Positions 42,340 to 53,763 of a stretch of 64,000 nt of DNA are shown here, piece by piece. Numbering within the stretch: the stretch's first letter is position 1; each line of letters opens with the position of its first letter. The notes under the pieces are model-generated. The model did no database searches. It was given only the letters and a program-made list of their open reading frames with translations, and had not been told where the DNA came from. The position numbers and the translations under genes were made by a program. The stretch is from Epithemia pelagica (lineage: Eukaryota > Protista > Bacillariophyta). The DNA lies in contig OX337235.1 in NCBI GenBank assembly GCA_946965045.2, positions 1,736,001 to 1,800,000 of the forward strand. The letters are read 5' to 3'.

Positions 42340-45300
42340 TTACTCGCTGTCGGAATCCTCTTTGTTTCCATCGTCGAAAGGTAAGTCTTCCTCTGAAACA
42401 AATTCATCGTAATCCAAATCCTCACTGTCTTCTTCACTGTCGTGGTCGGTCTCAGGGTCCCAATCACTACCACTGTCAGTTTCACATTCGGGATCGTCTC
42501 TGTTTTCCTTTTCCGTTTCACAATCATCATCACTGTCCTGTAAACTGTCCAAGAGACCGTCCCAGCTATCAATAACTTCGGCATCAGGACATACTTCTTC
42601 TTTTTCAATGTCCCAATCGTGCTCCATTAGTCCATGCTCTGACAATGGTCCCAACTTGCTCACTTCGTTGATTAGTTTTCCGTATTGGATAGTTCCCCCA
42701 TTTTCCTTTACCCATCCATCAAACTTCTCCACCTCATCAGTGCTTCGATTAGCATAAGACTCCTTGATTTGCTCGTCAGTTGTTCCGGTCATGAAGACCA
42801 TACGCCGTTGCAACCAACGTGCAATCGATCTAAGACGACTCGATGTAGATTTTCCTGCGTTTACAGCTCCCCCTCTTTGGGTTCTGTTAAAATAAAACGA
42901 CTTAAATAAGTGATTAAAGGCTGGACACAGAACAACAAAATGAGACGACACTCCAAAATCCAATGGTACTGTCGCTGGCAAAGAACTTACCCTCCCATCC
43001 TTGTTGAGAATGGGCCCACAAGTTCCTCCACCGGTTCAAATATTCCATCAGGTGACCACTACCCAACATGTGGGCGTAGTTCGTCACCCCCTCCTCACCA
43101 TGCAACGTTAGCCAGTCCCTGAAGAAGTAATCAACTTGTCGTTGGAATGAGAATATCTCTCTCTGCTTCATGTCATGGCGGACGTTGACTTTTTTCAGGG
43201 CCAAACGGTAGTGTCCAATACATCGTTGCCACAACTCGCGTCTCACCTCGTCCGATACACACAAAGCAAGGAGAATCTCAAACTTCGCCAGGACCTTCCG
43301 GATTCGGACGTTGTCCATGCAAATAGTGGCAACCTTTTTCTTCTTTTCATCGTACGGCATTTTCCAGTGAGAAGGGAGAAGTTCACTTCCAAGTACGCGC
43401 TCACTCATATTTCTGTTGACTTCTCGTAGATAAGCCTGAATTCGCTTCTCTTGTGTATCACACTGGTTCGACATCCATAGGAAAGGTGTGGCACTTTCGG
43501 CGTTCTTGACGGTTGTAAGCCCTTCCTTAAGTACTAGCGTCAGAATCTTAAGACCCATCCGATTTTCAAGGTGTAAAAGACAGGGGATTGAGTCGAGCAT
43601 CAGCACCATTGCTGTACGTTTTCGAGATGTCTTGGCGTCCTGTAGACTCTCATAAGCCCTCCTGTATGACCACTCACGTTTATGCTGTTGCTTCAGGCGT
43701 ATTTGTCTATCCTCTAGACGCCCTGTCCCAGTGAGACGTCTGATCCTAAGATCATGTGTGACTGAACGAGAGTACTGTAGTCGTTGTTCCCTAGTCGCCA
43801 CGGACAGATCGAAATGAATCGATCTTAAACTGGACTTTTCGGCACTTGTCGGTGCGACACGTGGATCGTTGTCCACCCAAATTTCCGAAGTGTCGCGTAG
43901 AACCGATAAATCTGAACCGAGTTGGGGCATTGTCTGCTTGAATTTGTCCACTTCTTCCTGAAGTTCGACTAGGTTCTCTTCGGTACACATTGTTGTATGG
44001 TGGCATTTCCATTCTGGGTCGAGATCATGGCCCAACTGGATACATACCTTACAGTTTGTATGGTCAGTTGTTGTTGGTAAATGGAGGTTCCCACTTCTTA
44101 TGGTACATTTAGCGCACGGGAACGTGCATACCTTGGTCGCTCCACCCCGGCCCATCAACTTCCAATCACAAGACATATCACAGTTTGTCGTGCAGGTTAT
44201 CTTCTGAATTTTGAACTTGTTGGGTAAGACTGTACTACATGCCTCACGTATCTCCTTAAACATAGGCTCAAATGTATCTTCAACCACCCCAAGACTCTCC
44301 GGCATAGCTACACATGTTATAGGGAAAACTCCGTTCCTCGACTGCTGGTATGGGTTGCTTGGGTCGTTGAACTTGACCCCCCCCAGCGTGTGGGAGAGGT
44401 TCTTCGTGAATAGGGCCCCATCTAAACTTTGTGATATCTTACAGGAACGATACAATGCCTCTGTGTCAAGAATTTTCCCAGACCGAAGGAGATTGGTGAT
44501 AACATCCGCTGCACGGAACGAAAAACCTTCACTACCATTTTTCTTGTTTTTGATCATTACAAACGGACAAAGGGTGCGTCCATAAGCTTCTACCATCGCA
44601 GCGTACTCTTGAACGGAACTTGACGAGGGTATCAGTGTACGTTGGTTGGGAGTTCCATCTGTCTCTACATGTCGGAGGAGCTCGAGACCATGATAATTCA
44701 GCACACCTCCATGTTCGTCCATTGTCTTGAGTATCTTGTACGGAGTAAAAACATAATCCCTGACGTACTGCCGGAAGATGTTGTAGGTACACTGTTTCAA
44801 CTGCCCTCCGTGTATGTTCTCGTCAAGCATGAGCATTCCCAGTTCGTTGAAAAAATGCTGAGACGATTTGCTGGTGCTACATAAAGTTTTGGTTTTCTCG
44901 AGGATCAGGCTCCTAATGTGGTCCACTAGAATATCGCCATTTGCATCGGGAAAACATGATTTGGGTAGGCCTATTGCCTTGTCTTGTAGGTCGCAAATCT
45001 CCTTTCTAGCTTCTTCGAGTTGCTTCGTTGCATAGTTGTGCTGTCTTGTCTTTTGGTACATCTCTGCTGACAGCGTTTTGTTTCGATCTTTCGCTATAAA
45101 CAACTGACGCTGTAATTTATCAACTTGTCTTTGTAATGCAATGATCGTATCATTGTCATTTCGGGCAGGGGCTTGTGGTATTCTTGGTTCTATTGGATCA
45201 ATGGGTTCGTGAGGAGGTAAGGCTGGTGATGGTGGTGGTGCTTGGGTACAACTTGGTGTATTTGCGTCGGAAATATTGGAAAGGGAGTCGTCTTGAGAAC

Positions 45301-46189
45301 ATCTTGGAGGACATTCTTCGGATCTTGCTTGGGGAATGTCGTTGGTGAACACAACCTCTAAGGTATTCAGTGCTTCTTCGGGAAAATGGGCCAACAAGTC
45401 CTTGGTTGGAGCGTTGTCATGGTTCTTCGAGTCATCAACTACTCTATTATTCTTGTCTTCGCCGTGGTCTTCGTCATCCGAGACATATATATGGTCTGCG
45501 ATGACCTCAGGTTCGTACCGTGTTGAGGATTGGGCATTCGGAAAAGCTTTCGCGTGTGCATCGATGACACTATTGAAAGTCTGAGTTTGCTTGCTTCTTG
45601 AATGAGTGTTTCGCTGTTGTTTAGCAGGTTGAAGGCGCCGTCTTCTTCTCTTCTTCTTCTGGTACTTGGGCGGTGGTGGTACAACGGTGCGAATGTCCGT
45701 GGGTTCGAGAAGGTGAGTGTGCTTTGCGATGCAAGTAAATGGTCCTCGGCGTCGCGTCCGATTCAACTTGCGATTGGGTTCGGCGCGTTCTATGTCGTCT
45801 GCTCTTTTACATTGTCCACAGAAGAAAAACTCAGCACCCCATTCTTTTTGTCTTTCTATTCCAAATACAGAGCAGGGTTTGTATTTTCGATTGGCAAACT
45901 GGCGAGCAATGCGAGACACTCGGTTGAGTTCTACCACAGAGTCTTCAATCGTTGTCTCGAGGTTTCGTCTTGTGGAACGAGTTCTCTTATTGGGACTCGC
46001 AGCAGATAGGGGAGGAGGATCTAGCAGACGCTTTGTCTTCGCAATTCTTGTGGTTGCTTTTTGTTTTGTTATGATCACAGCTTGAGTGACGGAAGGTGAA
46101 CAGGGTTGGCAGATTCTGCCTTCGTTCGGTGGGGTGGGAGGAGGATTTCTTCTACCTCCTCTCTTGCATTGGGAACGGGTTGTGGGCAT
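42340..46189 (-). CDS. RAG1/Transib-like DDE transposase, about 1259 aa; exons 46189-42991 and 42920-42340
   Basis: SQSLDGA (D1), NCDMS (D2), FPCAKC, IPCLLHLE, NYAHMLGSGH. A 70-bp GTAAGT...TCCAG intron (42990-42921) restores SQQGWEAFNHLFKSF in frame. Confidence 0.8.
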
Positions 46190-46776
46190 GGTGGTATCCA
46201 AAGGTAATTGAAGTGGATGATGGTGTGTATAGATAAGAAGGTATTACTCCAGAAGCGTTGATGAAGGAGGACGTCCTGGACAGAGCAATGTTTCTCGTCC
46301 CATTATTGCGTCCTTCATTCTCTTTGAAAAAGGAGACTAAAGTGCGAGTGTGTTAGAAAGACTGTATTCATTGTTATATTAGTGTTAGCGCGCCGAGCGA
46401 GTCGATGTGCGTGACACATTTTGTGAACGACTAGTTTTTGGAACGATAATGAGTCTCTGTCAATAAGTGCATTTGTGTGGGCATTATGGATCCGGTAGCT
46501 CGAGACTAAGCATTGGCAACTCCTCTTGGATAGTCAACGGATGGGTGCCGAGTCTTAGGCACGAGCCAACGGATGTATTGGATGCGTTGAAACCGATGCA
46601 ATCCTATGTATTTGGTAGATTTTGGAAATTTGCTTCCGACGTGATCGAGGGTGAAATTATATTTAACAAATGAGTTTCTTACAGTTTTTTCTATAGTGGA
46701 TCTGGATGTTTCTGAGGGAGGAGCGTAGGCAATGAGTTGGGCCGGCGATGACGGTTATGAGCGTTTGCTCGTATTG

Positions 46777-46973
46777 CATTTTAACACTCATCTTAAGACT
46801 AACCTCTTATCAGTGGACCGACTGCCCCCACCCACGGCGGACTTCGGCTTGCAACTCTTCTCTGACCCGTGGAGGATTGTTGTATCGGTTGGTGATTCGA
46901 TTGTCGGCTCAGCGAGCCTTTTACCTATCCTAACTATCTGTCTAACCCCTGTTGAATCGAGAGAAGTTTATCA
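46777..46973 (+). repeat. 5' LTR of copia B, right part
   Basis: Matches the last 197 bp of 53758-54515 (one mismatch noticed); ends TTTATCA. Confidence 0.95.
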
Positions 46974-46986
46974 GATTAACAGTCTC
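46974..46986 (+). promoter_or_regulatory. Primer-binding site (tRNA-Asn anticodon-arm type)
   Basis: GATTAACAGTCTC directly after the LTR, identical to copia A. Confidence 0.7.
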
Positions 46987-47011
46987 ATCGTTTATTTCCG
47001 AGAAGCTTTCG

Positions 47012-47767
47012 ATGTCTCACGACGATTCCAACCTCTCTATTCGACACATCTTTCATTCCTTCCAACAAAGCGGGGAGGAACTCCATCCACCCGTGTCCCA
47101 TCCGGGCGAGCCCTTGGTTGAAACTCCGAAACAGACCCCGACTCAGGCCAGTGCTCCGAATCCCTTCCAGACCCCGGACCAAGTGGTCCAGCCTCCTTCG
47201 ATCCCGACTCAACCTTCGACTCCGCCTCGCCGTTTGAACCCTACTCGCACCCGACGTACGAGCCGTCTTCTTACTGCGCATATCCGACACTTCCGCGAGC
47301 CGACTGAGTCGACTACCGACCCCGACGTGATCCGTTCCACAACCGAACGCGAGATCGATTTCCAGTCCGTCCAACCCGTGACTGACCTTGAGGACATCCA
47401 ACGACTTCTCGACCTCTTGAACCAGTGCTCGAGACGCCGTTTCATTGTCCAAGCCCTGTTGGGCAACCCTGTGGAACCCATCCGTATTCGATTCATCTCC
47501 TTTGAACGTCCAACCAACTACTTCCACACCATCTGGATCGTCAACTCGACGACGAATCCGCTACCTACCCCGACTACTCGTCTCGACGAGTACGTCTCCT
47601 TTGTTCACGAGATCCATCTCTGCCAGGATTTCCGTGCGACTATCTACCCTCTCTTCACTCAACACGTGAACCACTTGTTGGAAGACGACGACGTTGAAGA
47701 ACTAGCCACTACAGTGACCGATTCCGCATCTCGTCTTCAGTACCGAGCCGAAAGTGACCAAGAGTAA
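47012..47767 (+). CDS. Extra upstream ORF (ORF0) of copia B, 251 aa
   Basis: ATG at 47012; homologous to 29708-30487. Confidence 0.8.
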   Translation: MSHDDSNLSIRHIFHSFQQSGEELHPPVSHPGEPLVETPKQTPTQASAPNPFQTPDQVVQPPSIPTQPSTPPRRLNPTRTRRTSRLLTAHIRHFREPTESTTDPDVIRSTTEREIDFQSVQPVTDLEDIQRLLDLLNQCSRRRFIVQALLGNPVEPIRIRFISFERPTNYFHTIWIVNSTTNPLPTPTTRLDEYVSFVHEIHLCQDFRATIYPLFTQHVNHLLEDDDVEELATTVTDSASRLQYRAESDQE

Positions 47768-48081
47768 GTAACTTTACGTAGTTTCTACACCAAACCAGAC
47801 AGAAGACCGAGTTCCGCACATCCGGGTACCCTTGGTCGCACAACACGCCACACATTCCCGTCAAATCGCGAAAATTCGGCGAAAATTTGTTGAAACTCGG
47901 CGAAAATTTGTCGGAATCAACGGAAATTTCCAGGAGTCGCACATCACAACACACATCCGGGTATCATATACGTGGTACATACGTGGCACACGTGGTACAT
48001 CCGGGTTCACATCACATCACACATTAAATAAACCACATCACACCGCACATTAAATAAACATCGAACCAACCAAATAACACC

Positions 48082-51000
48082 ATGGATCCTCAATCACCCA
48101 AGACACCGTTTACTCCTTCTGAGGACAAGTCAAGTCATATAACCAATCAAGATCTCTTCGACCATATAACTAAAGGCATCTTTGGTTGTAATGATGAACG
48201 AGCCCAATCACTTCAAAAGTGGATGCGACATCATGGTTTTGAACATATCCTTCATGTCCTCGACCATGTTGCAACTGATCCCGAGGAGACACTCAAGGAT
48301 CTCATGCAATACAAGGTTGGAAAACAAGTCAACGACCTACAGACAAGTACAAGATTACAACTCAAACTAATGGCATATTGGTTACTACAACAACGGCAAC
48401 TCCAACATGGAAAACTACCCCGTGCTACATGGATGAACCTCACGAGGGACCAATATGACGATTGGAGGATCAACACCGACTTTACCAAGTCTGGTATGAA
48501 CCAAGACCCAGTTTCTCCTCTGAAATCACCTGCACACTCCGTATCATCCCGATCTCCCACTACATCCTCTACAACATCTCAATCCATGTTAGATCTCTCT
48601 GCTTTCAAGAAAGGAACCAAAAGAGATGCAACAGCATTTGAATCATTCAAAGACGAACGATATTTTGATTCGTTTTGGCGTGTATTCAAATCAACTGCGA
48701 AAGCACAAGGATTGTCGAATGTTCTTGATTTCGATTACAAGGTACCCAAGGATGACGAATGCGCAGAGTTACTTTTCCGAGAACAACAAGTCTTTGTCTA
48801 TTCTGTACTTGTACGTATTATCCAAACCGACCAAGGAAGAGCATATGTTCGAGAACATGAACATGATGAAGATGCAAGAGCCGTCTTGAAGAAACTCCAT
48901 GTTCTACACACTGAATCTGATCTAGCTAAGCGAGAAGTGTTACGCCTAACAAGCTACATTTCGAATCTTCGACTGGATGACTCTTGGCGTGGTACAACTC
49001 GTCAGTTTCTCCTACATTTTCAAGAACAGCTACGACTTCTGGATAACCTTGTACCACTGTCGGATCGTATCCATGACCATACAAGGATGACCTTCCTTAT
49101 GCAAGCTGTTGAAAAGGTACCTGATTTAAGACGAGTCAAGATCTTGGATAACGTTGTCAACACAAAATCTGGAGCCAAGTCTCTCTGTTATCAATCATAT
49201 TTCCGCCTGCTTCTTGATGCTGCTTTCGGCCATGACCAAGCTACCCGAACTTCTGCGTCTAACCGCCGTCGTCATGTAAAGCAACATGAATTTCAGTTGG
49301 ATGAACCTTTTGAACCAGTGGAGTCCCCTGACTACCAGATCAACAACACGAATATCCAATCCAAAAAGTCCCCAACTTCGTCGAAAATCAGCCTTCCAAG
49401 AGATGTATGGTTTAAACTCTCTGAAGAGGATCGGCAAATCATTGTCGACTTCAATAAATCCGTCCAAGATTCCCCGACAACTCCACGCAAGGTCCAAACA
49501 CATTCTCTTGACATTGATCCTGAACCAGACCCTGATCCTGATGCCAACAACATTGGTGATACCCATCAAGATGCACCAGAACAAGATCCATTCGATACAT
49601 CCTCTGATCCGGTTACCCAGTTCGTACACCAGGCTATTGCATCGACAGATATCAATCATCCAGCATCTGACCTCAGCAACATCTTGTCATCTTCTACGAC
49701 AAAATCAAGTCCTAAAGTCAAGTTCAAGTCTTCTGCTGATCACAAGCAAAAGGTTCATATGTCACGATATCTATTCTCCCGCAAATCCACCTTTTCTGGT
49801 AATCAACTCATCGATCGAGGTGCCAATGGAGGCCTTGCAGGATCTGACATGCGTATCCTTGCCAAAACCGGACGTCATATTACCATCGTAGGTATTGACA
49901 ATCATGAATTGACTGGCCTTCCAGTTGTTACCTGTGCTGCCAAGTTTGATACAAGTGATGGACCCATTATTGGTATCTTCAATGAGTATGCCCACTATGG
50001 AAAGGGTTTATCTATCCATGCCCCAGCGCAATTTGAACATTTCGGCCTATCTGTCGACGAACGATCCGTTAAGGTTGATGGCAAACAACGCATTACTACC
50101 CTTGATGGACGCGCATTGCCCTTACGAATCAAGGATGGCCTTGCATACATTCAATCTCTGGGAATCCCTTCTAATGACGATATGGGTAAATATCCGCATA
50201 TTGTGTTCACTTCACCCCATATCTGGGATCCTTCTGTACTTGACCATACCCATCCAGACCCCCATCAAGACCCTGCACCGAACTGGACATCTGTGGAGAC
50301 TGATGGTAGTATGGAAACGTATCCCTATGACCAATATGGGGAGTATACCGATTGCGTTGTATGCACTTTGAATCTCCTCCTTGATCTCCCATATGATCAT
50401 GGCCCCGATACACCTTCCTTCTTTTCCATCTATGCTGATCAAGATGGCAACGACCCCACACTTCATGCGTCTGTCCACAAACTCTACAAGGAACAATACG
50501 ACTGGAAGAAATTTCGCCCGTTCTTTGGGTGGCAATCGGAAGACGTAATCGCCGATACGTTCAAGCATACAACTCATCATGGACACATTTCCTTTGACCA
50601 GGATACCTTGAAGAAACACTTTAAGGCCCGGAATCCTATCCTTAACCTCCCACGACGGCATGAACCCGTTGCCACTGACTCCATCTTCTCCGACACCCCG
50701 GCTGTTAACCATGGTGGCAAGATTGCTCAGATTTTTGTTGGTCGTGATACTTTGGTTACTGACATTTATGGTATCAAGTCTACCAAGCAATTCGTCAATA
50801 CCCTCCAGGATAACATTCGTACACGTGGTGTCATGGAGACTTTGATCAGTGATGGTAGTTCGTCACTTATTTCCCACAAGGTCAAGGATATTCTTCGCAC
50901 CCTTCTGATTGGTGAATACCGTTCCGAGCCCTATCATCAACACCAGAACAAAGCTGAGAACCGCTATCAGACCGTTAAGCGTATGACCAATGCTATCATG

Positions 51001-53763
51001 AATGCATCTGGTTGCCCTGCTTCTGCATGGTTACTTTGTTTAGAATATGTGTGTGACCTCCTCAATCACACTTCCTCTCCCACCCACTCTGGCCGCACCC
51101 CTCTTGAGGCTCTTACCGGTACCCCACCCGACATTACCCATCTCCTTTTCTTTCCTTTCTGGGATGAGGTCTACTATCGTGTCGACCCTTCTGAACCTAC
51201 CTCCGGTTCTTACCCTTCGTCTCCCGACGAGAAGATTGGCCACTGGGTTGGTTTTGCCCACAATGTTGGTGATGCCTTTACTTGGAAGATCCTCACTGCC
51301 GACAACGTCATCATCTACCGTTCCGCTGTCCGTCGCGTTGCCTCCACTACCCCCAACCTTTGTGTGGATATCTCTTCAGGGGAGGAGTCGCCGCATAAAC
51401 CCACTGACAAGCAAGGTGACACTGTCTTTATTCGTAGCAGAAGTGAAGACCCATCCACACCTATGCCAACAATTGACTACGACGATTTAGTTGGACGCAC
51501 ATTCCTTTGTGACATTGAAGAAAATGGGGAGCGCCACCGAGCACGAGTAATCAAACGAGTTGTCGACCTGGAACAAGATGCAACCAAACAAGAAGATCGA
51601 CTCAAATATATCTTTCGCAAGTCTAACTCCAATGTTGATGAGATGATCTCCTACAACCAGCTCATGGAATACATTGAAAGGGATAATCAAGCCCAAACGA
51701 CAGGGGATAGTCTCTTCCGATTCAGAGACGTTATTGCACACCAAGGACCTTTGAACTCAAGCGACCCAGACTATAAAGGGAGTAAATATAATGTCCTTGT
51801 TGATTGGGAGACTGGGGAGACGACATACAAACCTCTATCTCTTATTGCAAATGATGACCCCATCACAGTCGCCATCTATGCCAAGAAAAATGGTTTGCTG
51901 GATCTACCTGGATGGAAACATCTCAAGCGATACGTCAAGACAAGCAAAAGACTCATTCGAGCAGCTAAACAATCCAGGATCAAACAAGTTCGTCGTTCTA
52001 TCAAGTACAAGTTTGGTTTCCAAGTACCTCGCACCTATGAAGAAGCAGTGGAACTAGACAAGCAATTTGGGAACACGAAATGGCAAGACGCAACAGAATT
52101 GGAACTCTCACAGATCCAATCGTATAACACTTTCAAGGACAATGGAAAAGCCAAGCTCATTAATGGAAAATTGGCCAATGCACCAGAAGGATATCATAAG
52201 ATAAGAGTACATCTGGTCTTTGATGTCAAGCATGACGGAAGGCACAAGGCACGACTTGTCGCAGATGGACATCTCACCAAGGAACCCGTTGAGACCATCT
52301 ATTCAGGGGTTGTCTCCATTCGCAACCTTCGCATTGCCATATTTCTTGGAACCATGAACGACATGGAAATATGGGGAGCAGATATTGGGAACGCATACCT
52401 AGAAGCATTGACAGGAGAGAAGATTTTCATCATTGCAGGACCAGAGTTCAAGGAGTTAGAAGGACATATCTTGATCATCTACAAGGCATTATATGGTCTC
52501 AAATCCTCAGGTGCTCGCTGGCATGACAAACTGTTTGATGTTCTCATTGATATGGGATTTTCTCCAAGCAAGGCTGACCCTGATATTTGGATGAAGAAGG
52601 CTCCTGGAGAAGACTGTTATGAATATATCGCTGTATATGTTGATGACTTAGCTATCGTTGCCATGGACCCTGAAGCTGTCTGCAAGATCTTTACAGAAAA
52701 ATACAACTTCAAACTCAAAGGAGTCGGACCTATCGAGTATCACTTGGGGTGTCGTTATACCAAAGATCCAGACGGTACACTTGTGTCTGACCCACGAAGG
52801 TACATCGAGAAGATGATGGATACCTATGAACGATTGTTCAATGAGAAACCCAAGAAAGCAAAGCCGCCAGTCATTGCTAACGATCATCCTGAACTCGATG
52901 ACTCTGAGCTCTTAGATGAAGAAGGGACCCAGCATTTCCAGACTCTTATTGGACAACTGCAATGGCTAATTACCATTGGCCGTTTTGATGTCTTTCCTGC
53001 TACCATGACTCTATCAAGGTTCAGAGCTGCTCCAAGGATTGGTCATTTGAAGCGAGCTAAGCGCATCTATGGATACCTCATGTCATTTCCTGATGGGTCT
53101 ATCAGATTCCGCACTGGGGAGCCAGATTTATCAGCTTTACCTATCCAAGAATACGATTGGAGTCGTACCGTATACATGGACGCCAAGGAACGTATCCCTG
53201 AGGACTGTCCAACCCCACTTGGGCGTTTTGTGACAACTATACATTATGTCGACGCAAATCTCATGCATGATATGGTTACTGGGAAAGCAGTTACAGCCAT
53301 CCTGCATTTTGTAAATGGTACACCCGAGGACTGGTACAGTAAGCGACAAGCCACAGTGGAGACAGCCACGTATGGATCTGAATTTGTTGCCGCAAGGACT
53401 GCAGTTGATCAGATCACGGAGCTACGCCTTACACTCCAATACTTGGGAGTCCCTCTACGAGAGAAGAGTTATATGTTTGGAGATAACCGCTCTGTCGTTA
53501 TCAATAGCACCGCACCACACTCAATCATCTCCAAGAGGCACCATCTCCTATCCTATCACCGAGTCCGTGAAGCTATCGCTGCAAAGTACGTCGCATTCTA
53601 CTGGAAAGATGGAAAGACAAACCCAGCCGATATCCTCAGTAAACATTGGGAATTCGCCGCAGTTTGGCCCATGCTCAGATCTTTGTTATTCTGGAGAGGA
53701 AAAATCCAGGAAAGTGATGAGGGAATTGACAATCCTCATTCGACGAATTGTGGGGAGTGTTAG
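48082..53763 (+). CDS. Copia gag-PR-IN-RT-RNaseH polyprotein, 1893 aa
   Basis: Same domain motifs as copy A (DRGANGG, ATDSIF, NKAENRY, YVDDL, NPADILSK). Confidence 0.95.
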   Translation: MDPQSPKTPFTPSEDKSSHITNQDLFDHITKGIFGCNDERAQSLQKWMRHHGFEHILHVLDHVATDPEETLKDLMQYKVGKQVNDLQTSTRLQLKLMAYWLLQQRQLQHGKLPRATWMNLTRDQYDDWRINTDFTKSGMNQDPVSPLKSPAHSVSSRSPTTSSTTSQSMLDLSAFKKGTKRDATAFESFKDERYFDSFWRVFKSTAKAQGLSNVLDFDYKVPKDDECAELLFREQQVFVYSVLVRIIQTDQGRAYVREHEHDEDARAVLKKLHVLHTESDLAKREVLRLTSYISNLRLDDSWRGTTRQFLLHFQEQLRLLDNLVPLSDRIHDHTRMTFLMQAVEKVPDLRRVKILDNVVNTKSGAKSLCYQSYFRLLLDAAFGHDQATRTSASNRRRHVKQHEFQLDEPFEPVESPDYQINNTNIQSKKSPTSSKISLPRDVWFKLSEEDRQIIVDFNKSVQDSPTTPRKVQTHSLDIDPEPDPDPDANNIGDTHQDAPEQDPFDTSSDPVTQFVHQAIASTDINHPASDLSNILSSSTTKSSPKVKFKSSADHKQKVHMSRYLFSRKSTFSGNQLIDRGANGGLAGSDMRILAKTGRHITIVGIDNHELTGLPVVTCAAKFDTSDGPIIGIFNEYAHYGKGLSIHAPAQFEHFGLSVDERSVKVDGKQRITTLDGRALPLRIKDGLAYIQSLGIPSNDDMGKYPHIVFTSPHIWDPSVLDHTHPDPHQDPAPNWTSVETDGSMETYPYDQYGEYTDCVVCTLNLLLDLPYDHGPDTPSFFSIYADQDGNDPTLHASVHKLYKEQYDWKKFRPFFGWQSEDVIADTFKHTTHHGHISFDQDTLKKHFKARNPILNLPRRHEPVATDSIFSDTPAVNHGGKIAQIFVGRDTLVTDIYGIKSTKQFVNTLQDNIRTRGVMETLISDGSSSLISHKVKDILRTLLIGEYRSEPYHQHQNKAENRYQTVKRMTNAIMNASGCPASAWLLCLEYVCDLLNHTSSPTHSGRTPLEALTGTPPDITHLLFFPFWDEVYYRVDPSEPTSGSYPSSPDEKIGHWVGFAHNVGDAFTWKILTADNVIIYRSAVRRVASTTPNLCVDISSGEESPHKPTDKQGDTVFIRSRSEDPSTPMPTIDYDDLVGRTFLCDIEENGERHRARVIKRVVDLEQDATKQEDRLKYIFRKSNSNVDEMISYNQLMEYIERDNQAQTTGDSLFRFRDVIAHQGPLNSSDPDYKGSKYNVLVDWETGETTYKPLSLIANDDPITVAIYAKKNGLLDLPGWKHLKRYVKTSKRLIRAAKQSRIKQVRRSIKYKFGFQVPRTYEEAVELDKQFGNTKWQDATELELSQIQSYNTFKDNGKAKLINGKLANAPEGYHKIRVHLVFDVKHDGRHKARLVADGHLTKEPVETIYSGVVSIRNLRIAIFLGTMNDMEIWGADIGNAYLEALTGEKIFIIAGPEFKELEGHILIIYKALYGLKSSGARWHDKLFDVLIDMGFSPSKADPDIWMKKAPGEDCYEYIAVYVDDLAIVAMDPEAVCKIFTEKYNFKLKGVGPIEYHLGCRYTKDPDGTLVSDPRRYIEKMMDTYERLFNEKPKKAKPPVIANDHPELDDSELLDEEGTQHFQTLIGQLQWLITIGRFDVFPATMTLSRFRAAPRIGHLKRAKRIYGYLMSFPDGSIRFRTGEPDLSALPIQEYDWSRTVYMDAKERIPEDCPTPLGRFVTTIHYVDANLMHDMVTGKAVTAILHFVNGTPEDWYSKRQATVETATYGSEFVAARTAVDQITELRLTLQYLGVPLREKSYMFGDNRSVVINSTAPHSIISKRHHLLSYHRVREAIAAKYVAFYWKDGKTNPADILSKHWEFAAVWPMLRSLLFWRGKIQESDEGIDNPHSTNCGEC

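Larger units (their letters stand above)
40333..46776. mobile_element. Two-gene TIR DNA transposon with a RAG1-core/Transib-like transposase, 6444 bp
   Basis: 26-bp TIRs with 22/26 matches (CAATACGAGCTAACGTCTATAACCGT at 40333-40358 versus the reverse complement of 46751-46776). Boundaries are defined by the empty site in the sister LTR. Confidence 0.9.

Noticed and set aside
42914-46201. The 1095-aa ORF taken as the complete transposase
   Set aside because: It starts at TTG and its tail reads through a canonical 70-bp intron; the spliced model restores the conserved helix after the catalytic Glu.
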